A stretch of DNA of 63,244 bases, the filler included, from Collodictyon triciliatum (taxonomy: Eukaryota): the NCBI GenBank assembly GCA_043381765.1. It is 15 parts of 15 records of this genome, joined end to end, with 100 filler letters (N's around TTAATTAATTAA, not from the genome) between each part and the next. Parts side by side here need not be neighbours in the genome. Positions count along the whole stretch, not along the records: positions 8,932 to 13,294 come from JBHJMP010006185.1; positions 13,395 to 17,759 come from JBHJMP010006186.1; positions 17,860 to 22,223 come from JBHJMP010006187.1; positions 22,324 to 26,686 come from JBHJMP010006188.1; 11 more parts are not named here. One strand, 5' to 3'. Made by a program: the position numbers and the translations under genes. The notes under the pieces were generated by a model, which worked only from the letters and a program-made list of their open reading frames with translations, was not told the DNA's origin and made no database searches. Positions 11,086 through 25,204 of the stretch are shown in pieces (the stretch's first letter is position 1; each line of letters starts with the position of its first letter).

Positions 11086-13116
11086 TTACTTGTATGTTTT
11101 TTCAACAGCGGGCATCGGTGTAGATAAGCTCGCTTTTTTCCCTCTTTTCAGGGACTTTGGTCTTGCTGGACATTCGATGCGTACAACAGTTTCTCGCTTA
11201 ACTTCTGGCCCCTTCCTTGAATCAACTATGTTTTTTTTTTATTTCTATATTTATTCATCTTATCATATTATGATTCGTTTTATTTTTTCCAGAGATACAT
11301 ACACATGTTTTTACACAATTCATAGCGTATCAAAATAAATATGAAAACCTTTAGATGCAACATTATGTTTCAATGGGACCCATTCTCCAGGGTGAAAGAT
11401 ACAAGATTTGGGTCCATTTTCCTCGTCGGCAAACCAAAGCCCGCACACAGTGCAGATGTGCAAATCTCCTTCAGAAGATGTCATGGAAGCAATCTAGAAC
11501 AATTACAATAATACATGGCGATGAAGCAACAATATCAAGATGTCTTGAGATAGTTGGAATTTTCAGATGATAGTCACTCAAAGAACCGCGACATGTTTCT
11601 TGTTGCAAGGGTTCGATATGCGGTGCATTTGATTTTAATACACAGAAGTTTACCTTGGGAAGATGAGGGCCCTTCATACATCCTTTCGTCTGAATGTTGG
11701 CACCCGATTCTAGAAAAGTTGCTCGAAAGCCTGTTTCGCGGCAACACAGCCACTCCAGCGCTCCAAAGGTTCTTTCTACTAGCCGAGAAGGATGATAGTG
11801 GCAAGACGTGGTGGTGTTTTTACTTTGGTAGTAGAACTCACCACATTTATCGCATTTTAGTTTGTCATCAAAATGCGTGTCGAGCTATTATTGAAATGTG
11901 GTGGTAAGTTGTGTTACTGTGTATGTATCGTAATAGAGAAGGAATATATCTACATTCCTGACATCAACCACCGCAAAATTTGATTGGGAGTAAGAGAAAA
12001 AAACCTGACAGCCTTGGTTGCGGGGGTTGTTGCTCTTACAGCAGGACCAAAAACCTTTGTAGACTTTACCGGTGAGATAGTTTTGATATGGAGATGGTGA
12101 CACCTCATCTGCAACAGATTGGGGTTTTCTTTTCGTCGGGGATATACTGCGTCGTGAGGGAGATTCGTTTGGGACAGCTACTTCTTCACCTTTGGATTCA
12201 TCTGCCTGTTTCTGGTATTCTGTTGATGGGATAAAATCCTCCGCACAATCGGACTTCTTCTCTGTATGTGCAATCATTTGCGAATTTGTAGAGTCCTTTG
12301 GTGTACTCGGTTGATTCTATCAATTTGGAGCGAAGAGAAAAAGAGAACTATTTTTCAATATTCCACCAATGTGCGATTGGGCATCAAAGACTTTTTTAAG
12401 CCCGAGGCCATCAGGTGATTAGAAAACGAAGCAAGCGACGTTGATGATATATTATGCTGTTTTCTTTCTTTAAGTATAATTCAATTCATCTCAAACGATG
12501 CGTATGGGTGTAATTAGAAATCTCGATTGTACCAAGAATTGCTCGTAATGAATCCAGATCATATGTGTACATATCTCTAAAAATTCATATGTTAACCTTT
12601 GCGACTCGGCTGGGTGTTGCATTGTGTGCATCGGGTCGCTTGCTCGGGGAGTTTAGGGCTTTCATTTATGGTGCATAGCAATGGTATATAACGTCATTAA
12701 AATGATATTCTTACACAAGTGAATAAGTAAATGAAAAAGAAGGTAAATGTAAGAAAAATTCATACTTTCTCCTATGAGGCTCCTTCTTCTGACATCTTCT
12801 TTCCGAGATATGATTCCAAGCGATTTTTTCATTAATAAATGGCAACTAAATTCGATGAAAAGTATTCAACACACATGATTTAGATCAAGACCTTACTTTC
12901 TATAAGCACCCCAGCATCTCTTTGCAAGATGGCCTTGATATCTTCAGTGGTGGCAGCAGGAGATATGACAGCACCAAGCTGGGTAAAAGCTTTAGCGATT
13001 GCATCCTTTGTAGAGCCATGATAAACCTTTTTTTCCCATGAATACGTGAGATTTACTTCAGGAAATGCTTCAGCAATAGCATGAAGTTTACCACGAATAA
13101 TAGAATTTATGACCAC
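11086..13116 (-). CDS. Hypothetical multi-exon protein with a Btk-type zinc-finger-like motif
   Basis: Exon ...GKVYKGFWSCCKSNNPRNQGCQ resembles the W-x-CC-x(7-8)-GC pattern of the Btk motif. Terminal exon ...PAVEKTYK*. Internal exon structure only partly resolved. Confidence 0.5.
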
Positions 13117-13509
13117 GTTGAATCAAGCACTACATCTCTATAGGATTCCAAAGCATACTTCTATTTCCGACTATCTTGTGCAAAAAACAAAAAAAACAAA
13201 CGAAACGAAACGAAACAAATACAAAAAACAAATACAAAAAACAAATACAAAAAACAAATACAAAAAACAAATACAAAAAACAAATACAAAAAAANNNNNN
13301 NNNNNNNNNNNNNNNNNNNNNNNNNNNNNNNNNNNNNNTTAATTAATTAANNNNNNNNNNNNNNNNNNNNNNNNNNNNNNNNNNNNNNNNNNNNAAAAAC
13401 AAAAAACAAAAAACAAAAAACAAAAAACAAAAAACAAAAAACAAAAAACAAAAAACAAAAAACAAAAAACAAAAACAAAAACAAAAAACAAAAGATAAAA
13501 ATAAAACCC

Positions 13510-13891
13510 TCGGTGGTGGCGGCGGTATTGGGATCTGTCTTTCTCGCAGAGCTGTTCTTTGGCTTGAAGGCGGCTCGGAAATCTGCCCGTGTTGTTCTAA
13601 ACGGCGTTTGCAGGCTGGGCAGTAATATTCGGAGCGCGTGGCTGTGTTGGTGAAGCCGTGGCCGTCCTGGTACTTCTTGTAGCCATTCTGGTGAGGCCGG
13701 CGATCGGAGCAGTTGCAGCATTTCGACAGAGCGAGCTCGCATTCGTGTCCGCAGGTCTTTGCACTGGGCCGAGCTGTATGAGACGGCGCAAAGGAAGGAG
13801 GAGTCCAGGAGACGGCGGCTTGTTGTGTGGCGGAGCTAGCGTTTTCTCGGCGCTTGAAAAAGGACGGCCTCATAGCACGACAGGAAGCCAC
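13510..13891 (-). CDS. Small Cys-rich putative zinc-binding protein, first exon, 3'-partial
   Basis: GC-rich ORF with CGHEC-x5-KCCNCSDRRP...YQDGHG...YYCPACK, then a probable GT donor leading into a microsatellite. Confidence 0.55.
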
Positions 13892-14669
13892 TGGCTATTT
13901 GCGTTTGTGATGCTTTGGCTGTCAACATGTGTGTGAGTGTATATGTGAATAGAGTTTGGCCACTTTGCATACGCTTTTTTTGTTTGCCCGAGCGACTTTC
14001 CGGCTGCTTCAAGGCTTGGGTTTCAGCTTCTTCATACACAAAAAACTGGCGAGTTCCCCTCTCATTATTTTTCCTTTGTAATTTATGTACATTATTGAGA
14101 TTCTTTGACTGTTGTTTTGGAAGAGCGCAACAGCCGGAATTGCCTTTTGAGGCTCTGAGTCTGTTCTGAGAAAATGCGATTTATATGTGGAATGGCGTAT
14201 GGTAGTCGGTAGACGAGGGCTGGAAGGCCTAGACACCTGTCTCTTCGTCAGATTCGCCGGAGGTTGCGTCGGCGAGTTGGTTTTGGATAAGAGCTTTCGA
14301 GCCCTTCTGACGGAGGCGCACAGAATAGAGGATAGTCATGATGCTGGGGTGGAACAGTTATCAGGAGATAGAAAATCCAAGGCACATTTTTCTGGGTGCT
14401 AAGATATTGCGCAGACCTGGTGAGCTCAAGTGCGACGTAGACTGAATACACGATGCTGAAATGGTCGTAGAGGAGGCCGCTGTGGAACGAATTGAATATG
14501 ATGGAGGCCGAGTAGATAACGTAAAAAACCGTGCAGGAAATTTGGAGCCTGGTAATCTTGCATTTTCAGATGCACGAGGAACATTTATTGAGTGGCATTA
14601 GTGTTTCTTTCATGGCACAATTCCTTTAAGTGGGTTACATGACAGAAATGTTGACCAGCTCGCCGATAC

Positions 14670-17620
14670 AAACCTTTTTGATGAGCCTTGTGCGATTGAG
14701 CCCAACAACTTGCAAAAGACTGGTAAGCCTCCTTCCATACACCAACAACATCAGTGCCACAGCGCATCTGATTTATACAAATTAGCAATAATAGTAATGA
14801 GAGGCCGTTTTCAGATGCAATTATTGTAATAATCAATCCTATAAGCAAACAATTGGCTTTGCTATCAACTAAACTATTTATTTTACAAAAATAAAACGAG
14901 TCCATTATTCACCCAACGATGGAGAGGCTAACGCAACCGTATATGGCAATTATTTTGCTCTCCGACGAAACATGTGCGTTAAGTATCCAAATGAGAGTCA
15001 GATTAGTTCCCACGAAAAGCAACGCTGCATAAAAATATTTTCTGGTCTTCAGGAGAAAGCCCGTTTCTGTGGACTTTGAATTCAGCGCATCCAACCTAAT
15101 TTTTTTTGAAATGTATTAAAATAAGTATGTTCTAATTGAGCACGACCTGTAAAAGATTACGAAGGATGCATGTGCAAGTATGACACTATCAACAACTTTA
15201 AATACAAATCAGAGGGAGAAAAAAGCACAAATTCAACCGAAAATTGGATGGAATAAACATACCAGATGAAAAGCATGAGAGAGTATATCATAAAGTGTGC
15301 AAAAAATGGAATGGAAACAATGATAATGAGCGACAGTCTTGTAAAATGCTTCAAATGGTCAGACGATGCAGCGATGAAGTAAACCAACCGAACTAGTACA
15401 TATTTGAAAAATAGAGACGAGTTGAAATGCTTTGCGTGAATAAAATGGGGAAAGCAGAAAAATCTTTGACAAGGGCACGCCTGAGCATTGAGAATTAAGA
15501 AAGTTACATATCACAAGAAAAAGAGCGCCTGCATGGAGTAGTAGAGGAGACAGATGTTGCATGATGGAATTGTTTGCCAAGCCCCTCCTTATAAACCAAA
15601 GATGATATATCACGTAGGCAAGGAGGCCTAAATACAATATGCTGTACGACAGGAAAGCGTAGAAATTGTCAGCGACCCAGCTACGATCGCATCCAGGTAT
15701 TGGTGATATCGGCTCTAGGAAGATGCAGAAATCACTCTGGTGATTTCATTTAGGATAGTATATGGTCATTTTCAAATAGCTTCTAGGTATTGATTTTTAC
15801 AGTACAGTTTGCCTCCTATAATATCATTATTTATGGACGAATAAAAGAGCTTCGATTCTTTCATGATATTCACTCATAGTTTCGAATAATTGAATGAATT
15901 TTTTAATTTACCAAGTGGTTCGATGAACAAATCACATGGGGTTCTGATGTAGCATTTTCGGGTTTGAGAGTGTAAGTAATCCCAACTGTACTCCAGAGGC
16001 GACCATGGTCATTCCAGAAGGAGCAAACAGGGTTTTCGTACACACAATTTTTCTTTTGAAAGTCTCCTCTGTAGACGAAATCTTTACCAGGTTCGTCATA
16101 TTCTATTAAAAAAAAAAAAAGTTAACAGAGTTGTGCTGCGACACAGAGGCAGATTTGACGCTCAACTTTCGACGTTTTCTTAACTTTAAATGGAATGGGC
16201 ACCCACCGTCTTTGGGAAAGTAATCTTGATTCCCACTAAAAAGGATATCCACTATGGTTTCGTTTGTGTTCACATCGATCCTAGCCCCATTTATGTCGAG
16301 AAAATCCACACTAACGACTTGAGATGCAACCCTCCTTCAAAAGCAAAAGTGATGATGGGGCATCAAGCAGGATTACGAGAAGAAAAAAAACAAAGATTAT
16401 GTTTAACAATAGTGGTTGAATTACCCTTGATTGCTTCGTGACAAGTCTGTTGCATGGGAATTTATATACGAGGATAAAATAGACAGGCTGATAATGTCCA
16501 TTTGCAGGTTTCTCAAAAAATTGGACTTCTTAACATCAGCAAAAACACCCTTTTGAATTACTACACTTTTACTGATATTCAAGGGATTGCCTGCTCGATG
16601 TATTGTATGTTAGATAAATTGACGTCTGATTTCAAAAAAGGGAAATAGTTGATTTCGTGGATATTATCTCTCGTCTGCCATACAAATAATAGCACTTACC
16701 GGACTCCACATAAAGGTTCGTGCTCTCAGTGCGAATGAAAACTGGCTGACCTTGTCCCGACTTTAAAAGGCTCATACTTACGTAGTAGTGCACCTCTTTG
16801 ATGTTGCAACAATTCTTCGAAGAGACCTTCAGTGCTTCATCATAAACTTTATCGATGCTCCCCAATACATTCTAGATATTTATTCCGTGGCGATTTAACA
16901 TAAAAGTTTCAAATCCATATAATATCGCCCAAAAGGATATGGCCTCTCACCTGTGCCGCATGCTCGTTAAATCCTTCCGTTGAACCATAAAAAGTGAGTT
17001 GGTGTATTGTTTGGCATGCTATAGTTAGATGCTCGATGCGAAATCCACGAACATCAAAGAAGAGAGCATGGACACTTTCGCTCAAGAGTGAAAGACTCGG
17101 CTGCTGACCAGGTTCAGGTTTTGTTCGGTTGAAAACGATAGTAAAAAGAAATTTATTCATATCTATGCGGCTGGATAGCTGTGAAGATGCACCCACAGAA
17201 TCTAATTTATATTTATATATATATATTCATTTTCATACTCAAAAAGAGACCATTAATATATGTCATGAAATTCAGACGCACCGAGGAATTGTGTAATTAT
17301 ATTATCTTTTCAATATCCACTTGAATGATGCATAAGTGCAAATAGTACCGTATTGCGAACCAAGTTCATCATTTAAAAGCCGAGACAGGTAAACAATATC
17401 AATCGTGGCATTCAAGTATTCTTCGCTTCGTACCAGGGGCAGTAATGAGTCTGTGATGTAGCAAGGGACATAAAGGTATGCCGGTCCTGATTTATCACAA
17501 TTTGGTTTTTTTGATGCCGAGGGGCTTACTTCCGGGGGTTTGGCGCTGCTTGATACAAAAGAAGGATTCTGGGAGTGACTTCTCTCGTTCGTCTGCGCAA
17601 GAGTTGCGCTGATTGAACCT
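14670..17620 (-). CDS. Multi-pass membrane protein with a large N-terminal extracellular region, 5'-partial; boundaries approximate
   Basis: Many GT..AG exons. C-terminal exons carry several hydrophobic helices (YSILYLGLLAYVIYHLWFI, LLLHAGALFLVICNFL, LSLIIIVSIPFFAHFMIYSLMLFIW, YFYAALLFVGTNLTLIWIL, IIAIYGCVSLSIV). Family not identified. Confidence 0.55.
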
Positions 17621-17859
17621 GTATTTAAAAAAAAATATGCTTTCAGAGGCAAATTCAAACACCAAAAAAAAAAAAAAAAAAAAAAAAAAATAAACAATAA
17701 ATAACCTAAAAACTTTAAATTTATTTTTTTTAAAAAAAAAAAAAAAAGGCAAATCCTTTNNNNNNNNNNNNNNNNNNNNNNNNNNNNNNNNNNNNNNNNN
17801 NNNTTAATTAATTAANNNNNNNNNNNNNNNNNNNNNNNNNNNNNNNNNNNNNNNNNNNN

Positions 17860-17931
<72 letters not shown>

Positions 17932-20152
17932 CTTTTCTTTTTTTCTTTTCTTTTTTTTCTTTTCTTTTCTTTTTTCTTTTCTTTTCTTTTTTCTTTTCTT
18001 TTTTTTCTTTTCTTTTCTTTTCTTCTCTTCTCTTCTCTTCTCTTATCTTATCTTATCTTCTCTTCTCTTATCTTATCTTCTCTTCTCTTCTCTTCTCTTC
18101 TCTTTTCTCTCGATAACCTAATATATTCAACCAGTGTATGCCACTACTGTGGAAGAGAATGTAATTGCATGAAAAAAAGAGTAAGCAACCTCATGCACCG
18201 CCCTGAGATCGTCAAAGTAACCCCGGTTCAACTCTTGCTTTCTACATAACAAAGTGCTTATTTTATATATGTTCTGCTGTATTCTTTTTTTTAACTTTTA
18301 CGGAGGAGCTGTTGTTGTTTTATTTTATACATAGACAAACAGGGCCTTAAAAATTGCGTCAATGGGGCAACTCGACAAGAACTGAAAGGCTTTTTCTCCT
18401 CCAGTAAAAGTACATAAATATATGCAAAAGATTGAAGACAACGATAGAGAGAGAGAAATAGTGTACTAGATAAAAAGTTGGTAGAACTTTACAGGATTTT
18501 TGCTCGGTTTTCATGACTTGGAGATGACTCGGCCAACTTGGCCCGGTACGCTGAGTTGAACTCGGTAAACTTTTTTTTAAGGATCTGCAGAACTCGAAGC
18601 ATTGTAACCGTGTTCTCTTGCCTGCAATCAAACTACAACGCCAACGATCAGTTTTGTCGGCGACCTTTGCCAGCGGGGAAGTGACTGAGAAGATTGCGTT
18701 GTAGGAAAGGCTGGATGCTAAGCGAGATCGAATCTAATTCGTATGAATGATTAAATGTAATCCTATATGTGGAAATTATTCTATAAATTAGATAAGGCAC
18801 TAATTTTGTTATTATATTCTTATTATGTATATTTGATAATTATAAATAATATTATTATCATAAACACACTCCTGTCCTAATGAAATATTCTTTCATCCTC
18901 GCGAACTGTGCACCACAAAGACATTATGAATTTTCGTAGAAAAATTGGTTCAAATTTCATTTCTGGAATATGTGGTTATTATCCATTATTGGATTTATGC
19001 AATGAATATTCCATTATAGCTAAATGGCTATAGATTACACTAAATGAAGCTAACATTAGCCTGCTAGCGAAATATTCCCTTTTCTCCAAATGATCCTTTC
19101 CTCGCGACAACATTACAATATTATTTTCTTTTTTCCATTTCTCAATTGTTTTGTGTACTTTCAAGAAGCAACATTGTGTATATTTAAAAACGAGAGCCAC
19201 GCCGAAATGGCATGTGAAGAGAATCAGATTTTTTGTTGCTTGGGGAGATGAATCAGGCTCCCCAGGTATCTTAGACTATCACTGGCCCAAAGGCCTGTGG
19301 GAGGCCAGTCGCCTTGGTCTCAGAGGTCTCTCGGGCCATAAGAATCACACGCACTGAGTTCGAAAGGATGAATCCTGGATGTGTCCACTTCCACGCCTGC
19401 TTAATTATAAGATCAAGCTGTGAAAGGGACTTAGTTTCCTCGATGGCTCTAGAGGAAAGCCGCCAGTTAGTGACTCGTGGGTCCCAAAGAGAGCTCTGCC
19501 TTTAAAACACGACACAGTCACAAAAAGCGACTACTTACTTGATCAACAAAACATAGCTCCCTCATATGTTCCTTAATACTTTTTTAAGACAGGACAGTAC
19601 AATTTCTACCACAAAACTATTTAAGCTCTTATCCTGAAAGAAGGACTGCCCCGACTCTAGTTTCCAAACAGTGTATTTTAAACTCTTTTTCTCTGAGGCT
19701 CTCTGTATATGATCGAAGCCCAATCCACTATTCTCCACCACCCCCTCATTAGTCCAATCTTCCTTCTCACATCGCTCACACACCCTCCTTCATAGAGATC
19801 AGAAACAGAACCACCCAAAGCTTTATTACTCTCTCAGACCACAACAAACCTTTGTTCTTGTCTGAAACAAAACACAACATACACACTCTTTCGACCCTTC
19901 AATTTCCTCCAAAAGAGACGGTCATTTTTTACCCTTCCAAACCCAACGCTCACTGCTAAAAGAGAGAAAGAGAGAAAGAGAGAAAGAGAGAAAGAGAGAA
20001 AGAGAGAAAGAGAGAAAGAGAGATAAAAAGAGAAAAGAGCGCTTGCAGAGAAGCCAAGACCAGCACTTTTCGCAATTTCCTTGCCTCCCTTCCTTCTCTT
20101 CTCACACTCTAACTCCTCTGCCAACTGCAGACCCGCCTCAGCCGCCGCCCCC

Positions 20153-21751
20153 ATGGAAGGAACCGCCCCGCCCCAAGCCAGCGCCGTCGGCGAATGCTAC
20201 CTGGAAATGTTCTTCTCGAAGCTCTTTGAGGCCCCCTACGATGTGCATCGCTTCTACCAAAACCCGTCGCAGCTCACCGCCATCTTCGCCGAAGATCCCT
20301 CGAAGGAGATCACGCTGCGCGGCCAGAAGCAAATCAACAGCTTTTTCCTGGAGCTCAACTTCATCGGTTGGGAAGCCCCCGAGGCGCTGCGCCACGTCTC
20401 GTACCAGGACACCTTCAACCACTCGGTGCTGATCCATCACACCTCCGTCTTCCGCCACGCCTCCACCGGCCGCTCCCGCCGCGTCTCCCAGACCATCCTC
20501 CTGGCCGTCGAGCCCGAAGCCGCAAACTACGACCACTACTTTGTCCTCAACGACATCATCGTCCTCTTCCCGCTCGAGACCGCCGCCCCGGCCGAGCCCC
20601 AGCCCGCCGCCGACTCCGAGCCCAAGGAACACGCCGCCGCCGCCCAACCCGAGCCAAATGTGGAACCTGTTCCTACTCCTACTCCTACTCCTGCCCCTGT
20701 TCCTGTTCCTGTTCCTGTTCCTGTCCCTGTCCCTACTCCTGCCCCCGTTGTTGTCGCCGAAACTCCGGCTCCTGTCATCCCCGAAACCCCGGCTGCTGTG
20801 GTCGCAACCCCGGCTCCTGTCGTCCCCGAAACTCCGGCCCCCAAGCAACCCGCCCCCAAGCAGCCCGCCTCCAAGGCCGCTCCTGTCAACCCCGCCCTTG
20901 CTGGCCCCACGCCTGCCCAGGCTGCAAGTGCCGCCCGCCCACAGGAGCCCGTCCAGACCGGCCCTCCAAGCTTTGCCCAGCTGGTCCGCAAGAATGTGCC
21001 CAGTAACTTTGTCCCAGTGCCCCAGCCCGAGGTTGTCAATCCTCCGGCTCCCCTGCCTGCTGCTGACAAACCCCACGGAGAATCGGCCGCAAAGAAATCT
21101 CAGCCACGAACCGAGCGGACTGAGCGTACAGAGCGTACAGGGGACTCAAGCAAGCCCAGATGTTTGTCTTAGACCATTCTTATTCCTTTTCTTTATATAT
21201 ACACTCTAATTTATTAACCTTTTTTTTTTTTTTTACGGTGTACGTGTTGTGTATTATTGTAATCCACCCTTTTCACAATCCATCCTTACCGAGTAGTTTC
21301 TAATTTTTTGGCTCTTTTTTTTTTTTTTGACCTTGTTTGAGTCGAAGCTTATTCCTGCTCACTCACTTCTCACATATGGCGACCAGATGACTACTCTGTC
21401 CACATCCCCCAAATCCCTGATGCTGCCACAAAGGAAGACATCCACAAACTTATCCAGCCCAACACTTATGGAAAGATTGAACTCCGAAAGGGTGATGTAT
21501 GTGCCTCATCCTTTACATTTTGCGATCTGCCTCTTCTCAAGACTAACCATCACTCTAACATCTAGTCCACGACATATGTGAACATCTTTGTGTCCACTGA
21601 GAAGCTCATGAAGTCGGTGGCCGAGGCTGTGCAAGCCAACAAAGGCTACTTCCAAGATTTGGAACTTAAGGCCATCGAGCGCAGGCCCCGATCTGCCCAA
21701 AGCAGCGGAAACGGAGAGGCTCGACCAAAGACCCGCAAACCTCAAAACTAG
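20153..21751 (+). CDS. G3BP/Rasputin-like protein (NTF2 domain, Pro/Ala-rich linker, divergent RRM-like domain), three exons
   Basis: AVGECYLEMFFSKL...VHRFYQNPSQL...G...I...RRVSQTILLA...YFVLNDII is the G3BP-type NTF2 pattern. The linker has the PPSFAQLVRK motif. Two further exons (DYSVHIPQIPDAATKEDI..., STTYVNIFVS...) end at TAG 21749-21751. Confidence 0.85.
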
Positions 21752-22323
21752 ACATCGAATTTGTAAGACCATCATATTTTTGTTACATGCTTCCCCTTGA
21801 AATTGACATCTACCATGTTAATACTGTTAGTTAGACTTCTATCAATTCATTCGTTTCTTTCGAAATATTCCTGGTGATGCTCATCCCACAATCACCATTA
21901 GAGCTCCGCTATGTTCCGAAGTCCGCAACCCGATTCTTGCTCATTCCGTGCACTGAGGCCGAATTTTGTCTACCACCGCTTCAATATGATACCCCAATGC
22001 TGCCTCTTGCCTCCCCTCTTTTCCTCTTGCCTTTTTTTTTTTTTTTTTTAGCCCAATCAACCAACACCCGACGAACGGAAGCACAATCTCTTACATCCTC
22101 TTTATTGTCCCTCTCATTTTGCCTCCCAATCCTGCATCATCCCTACCTCACCCCCTTTTTTTTTTATGCCCACCTCTCCTCCACCTCTTTATGCTTCTCA
22201 GCCCCAATATGTGCGCGTCTTGTNNNNNNNNNNNNNNNNNNNNNNNNNNNNNNNNNNNNNNNNNNNNTTAATTAATTAANNNNNNNNNNNNNNNNNNNNN
22301 NNNNNNNNNNNNNNNNNNNNNNN

Positions 22324-22387
<64 letters not shown>

Positions 22388-22503
22388 AAAAAAAAAACAA
22401 AAACAAAAAAAGACAAAAAAAAACAAAAACAAAAAAAGACAAAAAACAAAAAACTTTATTCTTGTAAACCTGTACACTCGTTGCGTTATTGCCCCAAGAA
22501 AGA

Positions 22504-24440
22504 ATGAGCCTTCTGCGGATATTTGGGTCGCCCCGTTTCGCGCAGTCGCAGGCGAAAACGATCTCTGCACGCGACCGATTCCACACACTGTTCCGTCTCG
22601 GGCGGCAGATTCACACTGGCGTCGATGTCTCCGCCCCGGCAAAGCCGGAAACGCCCGACCAGACCGATCCTCAGAAAAAAAGAGGCAGAAGAAAAGCTAC
22701 AGAGAGCAACGACAAAAGTGTCGCAGAGCCAAAGGATTCAGCCTCGAATGAAGAAGATAAGAAAGGTGCGAGTGCCCACCGAAAGATAGATGGCAAAGAT
22801 ACTCCCCATGTTGAGCTTGGCTCAGAACACACGCTGGAGTTGAAGGAGAGATTGGCGAGCATGAATCCTGCAATACCTGCATTGCAGAATCCTCGTTCGA
22901 CAGGGAAAGTCCTGAGACAGGTTAATCATCGATATTTATTTGCTATTCATTTGTCTGACCAGAGCTATTCGAAAATTAAGCTACCGCAATAAAAAATACA
23001 ACTAATAATAAAATATTCACGATTTAATTCAACATCATGCGTTCTTATATATATATATTTATGAATCATTCATGCATGTGTATTTTTTTGACACACATAA
23101 GGAGTGAGTCTAAATAATCGATTTATTGACATCTTCTAAGTAGATTTTATTTTGCTTATTCTCTATTGTTTTTTTTTTTGTCTAGATAAACCACTTCATC
23201 CAGATGGGCTGCACAGATGAGAACATATGTAGGGCTTACAAGCAGCTTCCCAATCTCGCTGGAATGGACTCAGACTCACTAAAGGAGAAAATATCCTTTT
23301 ACATGCAAAATCAGCTCGTCAAAGGAAGGTATACTACGCAAATATTTCGAAGACATCATATCCACTTGAATATATTAAAAAGATAAAATATAATAAAAAA
23401 GAGAAACATTAAAGTAATTTCCATCCTTCGAATAGTTACGGTCTAAACATTCTATTTCATTTTGATATATGTGAACATTCCAGCAAATTACCTTTGTAAA
23501 TAACGATGCTTTCCCTCCTCTATTCGCGACGAAACAATCTAATAACCTAACTTTGCAACAAAGCAATTTTCGCATCCACCCAGGTGTCTTGGGGCTCACA
23601 ATATCCAAACTCCAAGACCGAATCAGCTATCTGAAAGAACTTGGAATGACTACCGAGGACATATCACGAGCCGTCAGTATATCACCTGCGCTACTGACCT
23701 ACTCGCTGAAAAATAGAATACCTGATTACATAGAATATTTTCGTCAATTCAACCTACCTAGAGACAAAGTTATAAAAATGCTCATCAAAACACCAACTAT
23801 GATTGGCTTATCGACGGTAAAAAATTCACTTTTCTATTTGCCGGAAGAAAAAGCTTTGTCCTTCATAGCTCGCAGTTTTATCTTTTTAAAATTATTTTAA
23901 GTGACGAGTGAATTTTTTACTAAATGACATGAATAGTCATAACGCATAATCCTCATGTTGCTTCTTTCTAATCAAAACATATTGAAATCTTTGCAGAAAA
24001 CGATTGATTTCAAACTGGAGGTCATTCGCAGCATGGGCTTCACTCACAGCCAGATATCGCGATTAGTGAGCAACTATCCAGTAATCCTGGGGTATAGCAT
24101 GGGCAAAGATGGATGCATTGCAGAAAAGCTTAATTTCTACTTTCAAAACACAAACTTAACTCCAGAAGCGCTCGTTCGAAATCCTAGTCTCCTGTGTTAT
24201 AACTTTAAAAATCGCATCAAGTTCCGCTACGAAGTGGCCAAAGTTCTTGATAAACCGTTCTTTCCGCGGCGTCATGTTCTCTTGACAAACTCTGAGTTTA
24301 TGCGAGAAATGGGACTGAATGAAAAAGCAATTGGGTACTTGCAGTCACGCTACTCAGAGTCAGAAGATTTGATTCTAAATGATGAAATGTATGTCTCCAT
24401 CTATCTCAAAACCGTAATCGGTACAAAAGAACTGAAATAG
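22504..24440 (+). CDS. mTERF-family protein, multi-exon
   Basis: Repeated mTERF units (HPGVLGLTISKLQDRISYLKELGM, SPALLTYSLKNRI, YPVILGYSM, NPSLLCYNFKNRIKFR). The Arg/Ser-rich N-terminus resembles a mitochondrial presequence. Confidence 0.9.
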
Positions 24441-25204
24441 CATAGGAAGTTTGCATGTGAATATATACACTTTTCTCTTCATCCTCGTCGCATGTGTTTT
24501 CTTTATGCCTTACATTTTCCCTTTTAATTTAGTAAACCAACCATCGTGGCTTTGAGCCAAAAGTTTGGTGAGGATAACTAAACTGCAATTTGTTATTGAA
24601 GCCTTAATTTCAAACAGGCTCGGGTGAAATAAAAGAAAGAAAAGTCAACAGCAAAAATTAATTTCTTTCTTTCATTTTATTCAGTAAGATTAACTTTCTC
24701 CCTATTTTTTTTTTTTTTTGGTTTTTTCCATACATTTCAAGCATCATCTTTCTAGAACGTCTAGCTAACTGCAGAAAAGAACAAAATCGCAAACCTGCTT
24801 TTTTTTTGTTTCTTTTTTTTTTAAATAAAGACCAAAAAGAATTATCCGTTTGTAAGACTTTCATAAAAATGACAAAGATGGACGGGAAGCCAGGTGCAGT
24901 TTTCCATTGAATTAATTTCAAAAGCATGTTTATGTAACACAGACGAAAAACAGAATGAATAATAAGCAACCAAGACACGCCAAGTCAAGAGTGCACCGCT
25001 CCGACTGCAATCTATCGACTGAAAGAAAAGGAAGAAAAACAAAGGAGAGAAATAAAGAATGATGCGCCACACTCCGCTTCTTGAAATACATTGAAGTGTT
25101 GAAATTTTTTTTCCACTCGTTTTCATTTATTGGCGCATATTTCAAGTCATCTCCGAGATCTTAGAGTCAAGGGTTTAGTCTCATTTTTTTTTCCTGCCCG
25201 ATGG

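Noticed and set aside
11355..11907. Plus-strand ORFs of 71 and 117 aa
   Set aside because: They overlap exons of the minus-strand gene (11086-13116), whose splice signals are on the minus strand, so they are probably shadow ORFs.
20138..21209. Several long overlapping or antisense ORFs over the G3BP-like exon
   Set aside because: Shadow ORFs of a GC-rich, Pro/Ala-repetitive exon; only the NTF2 frame has recognisable motifs.
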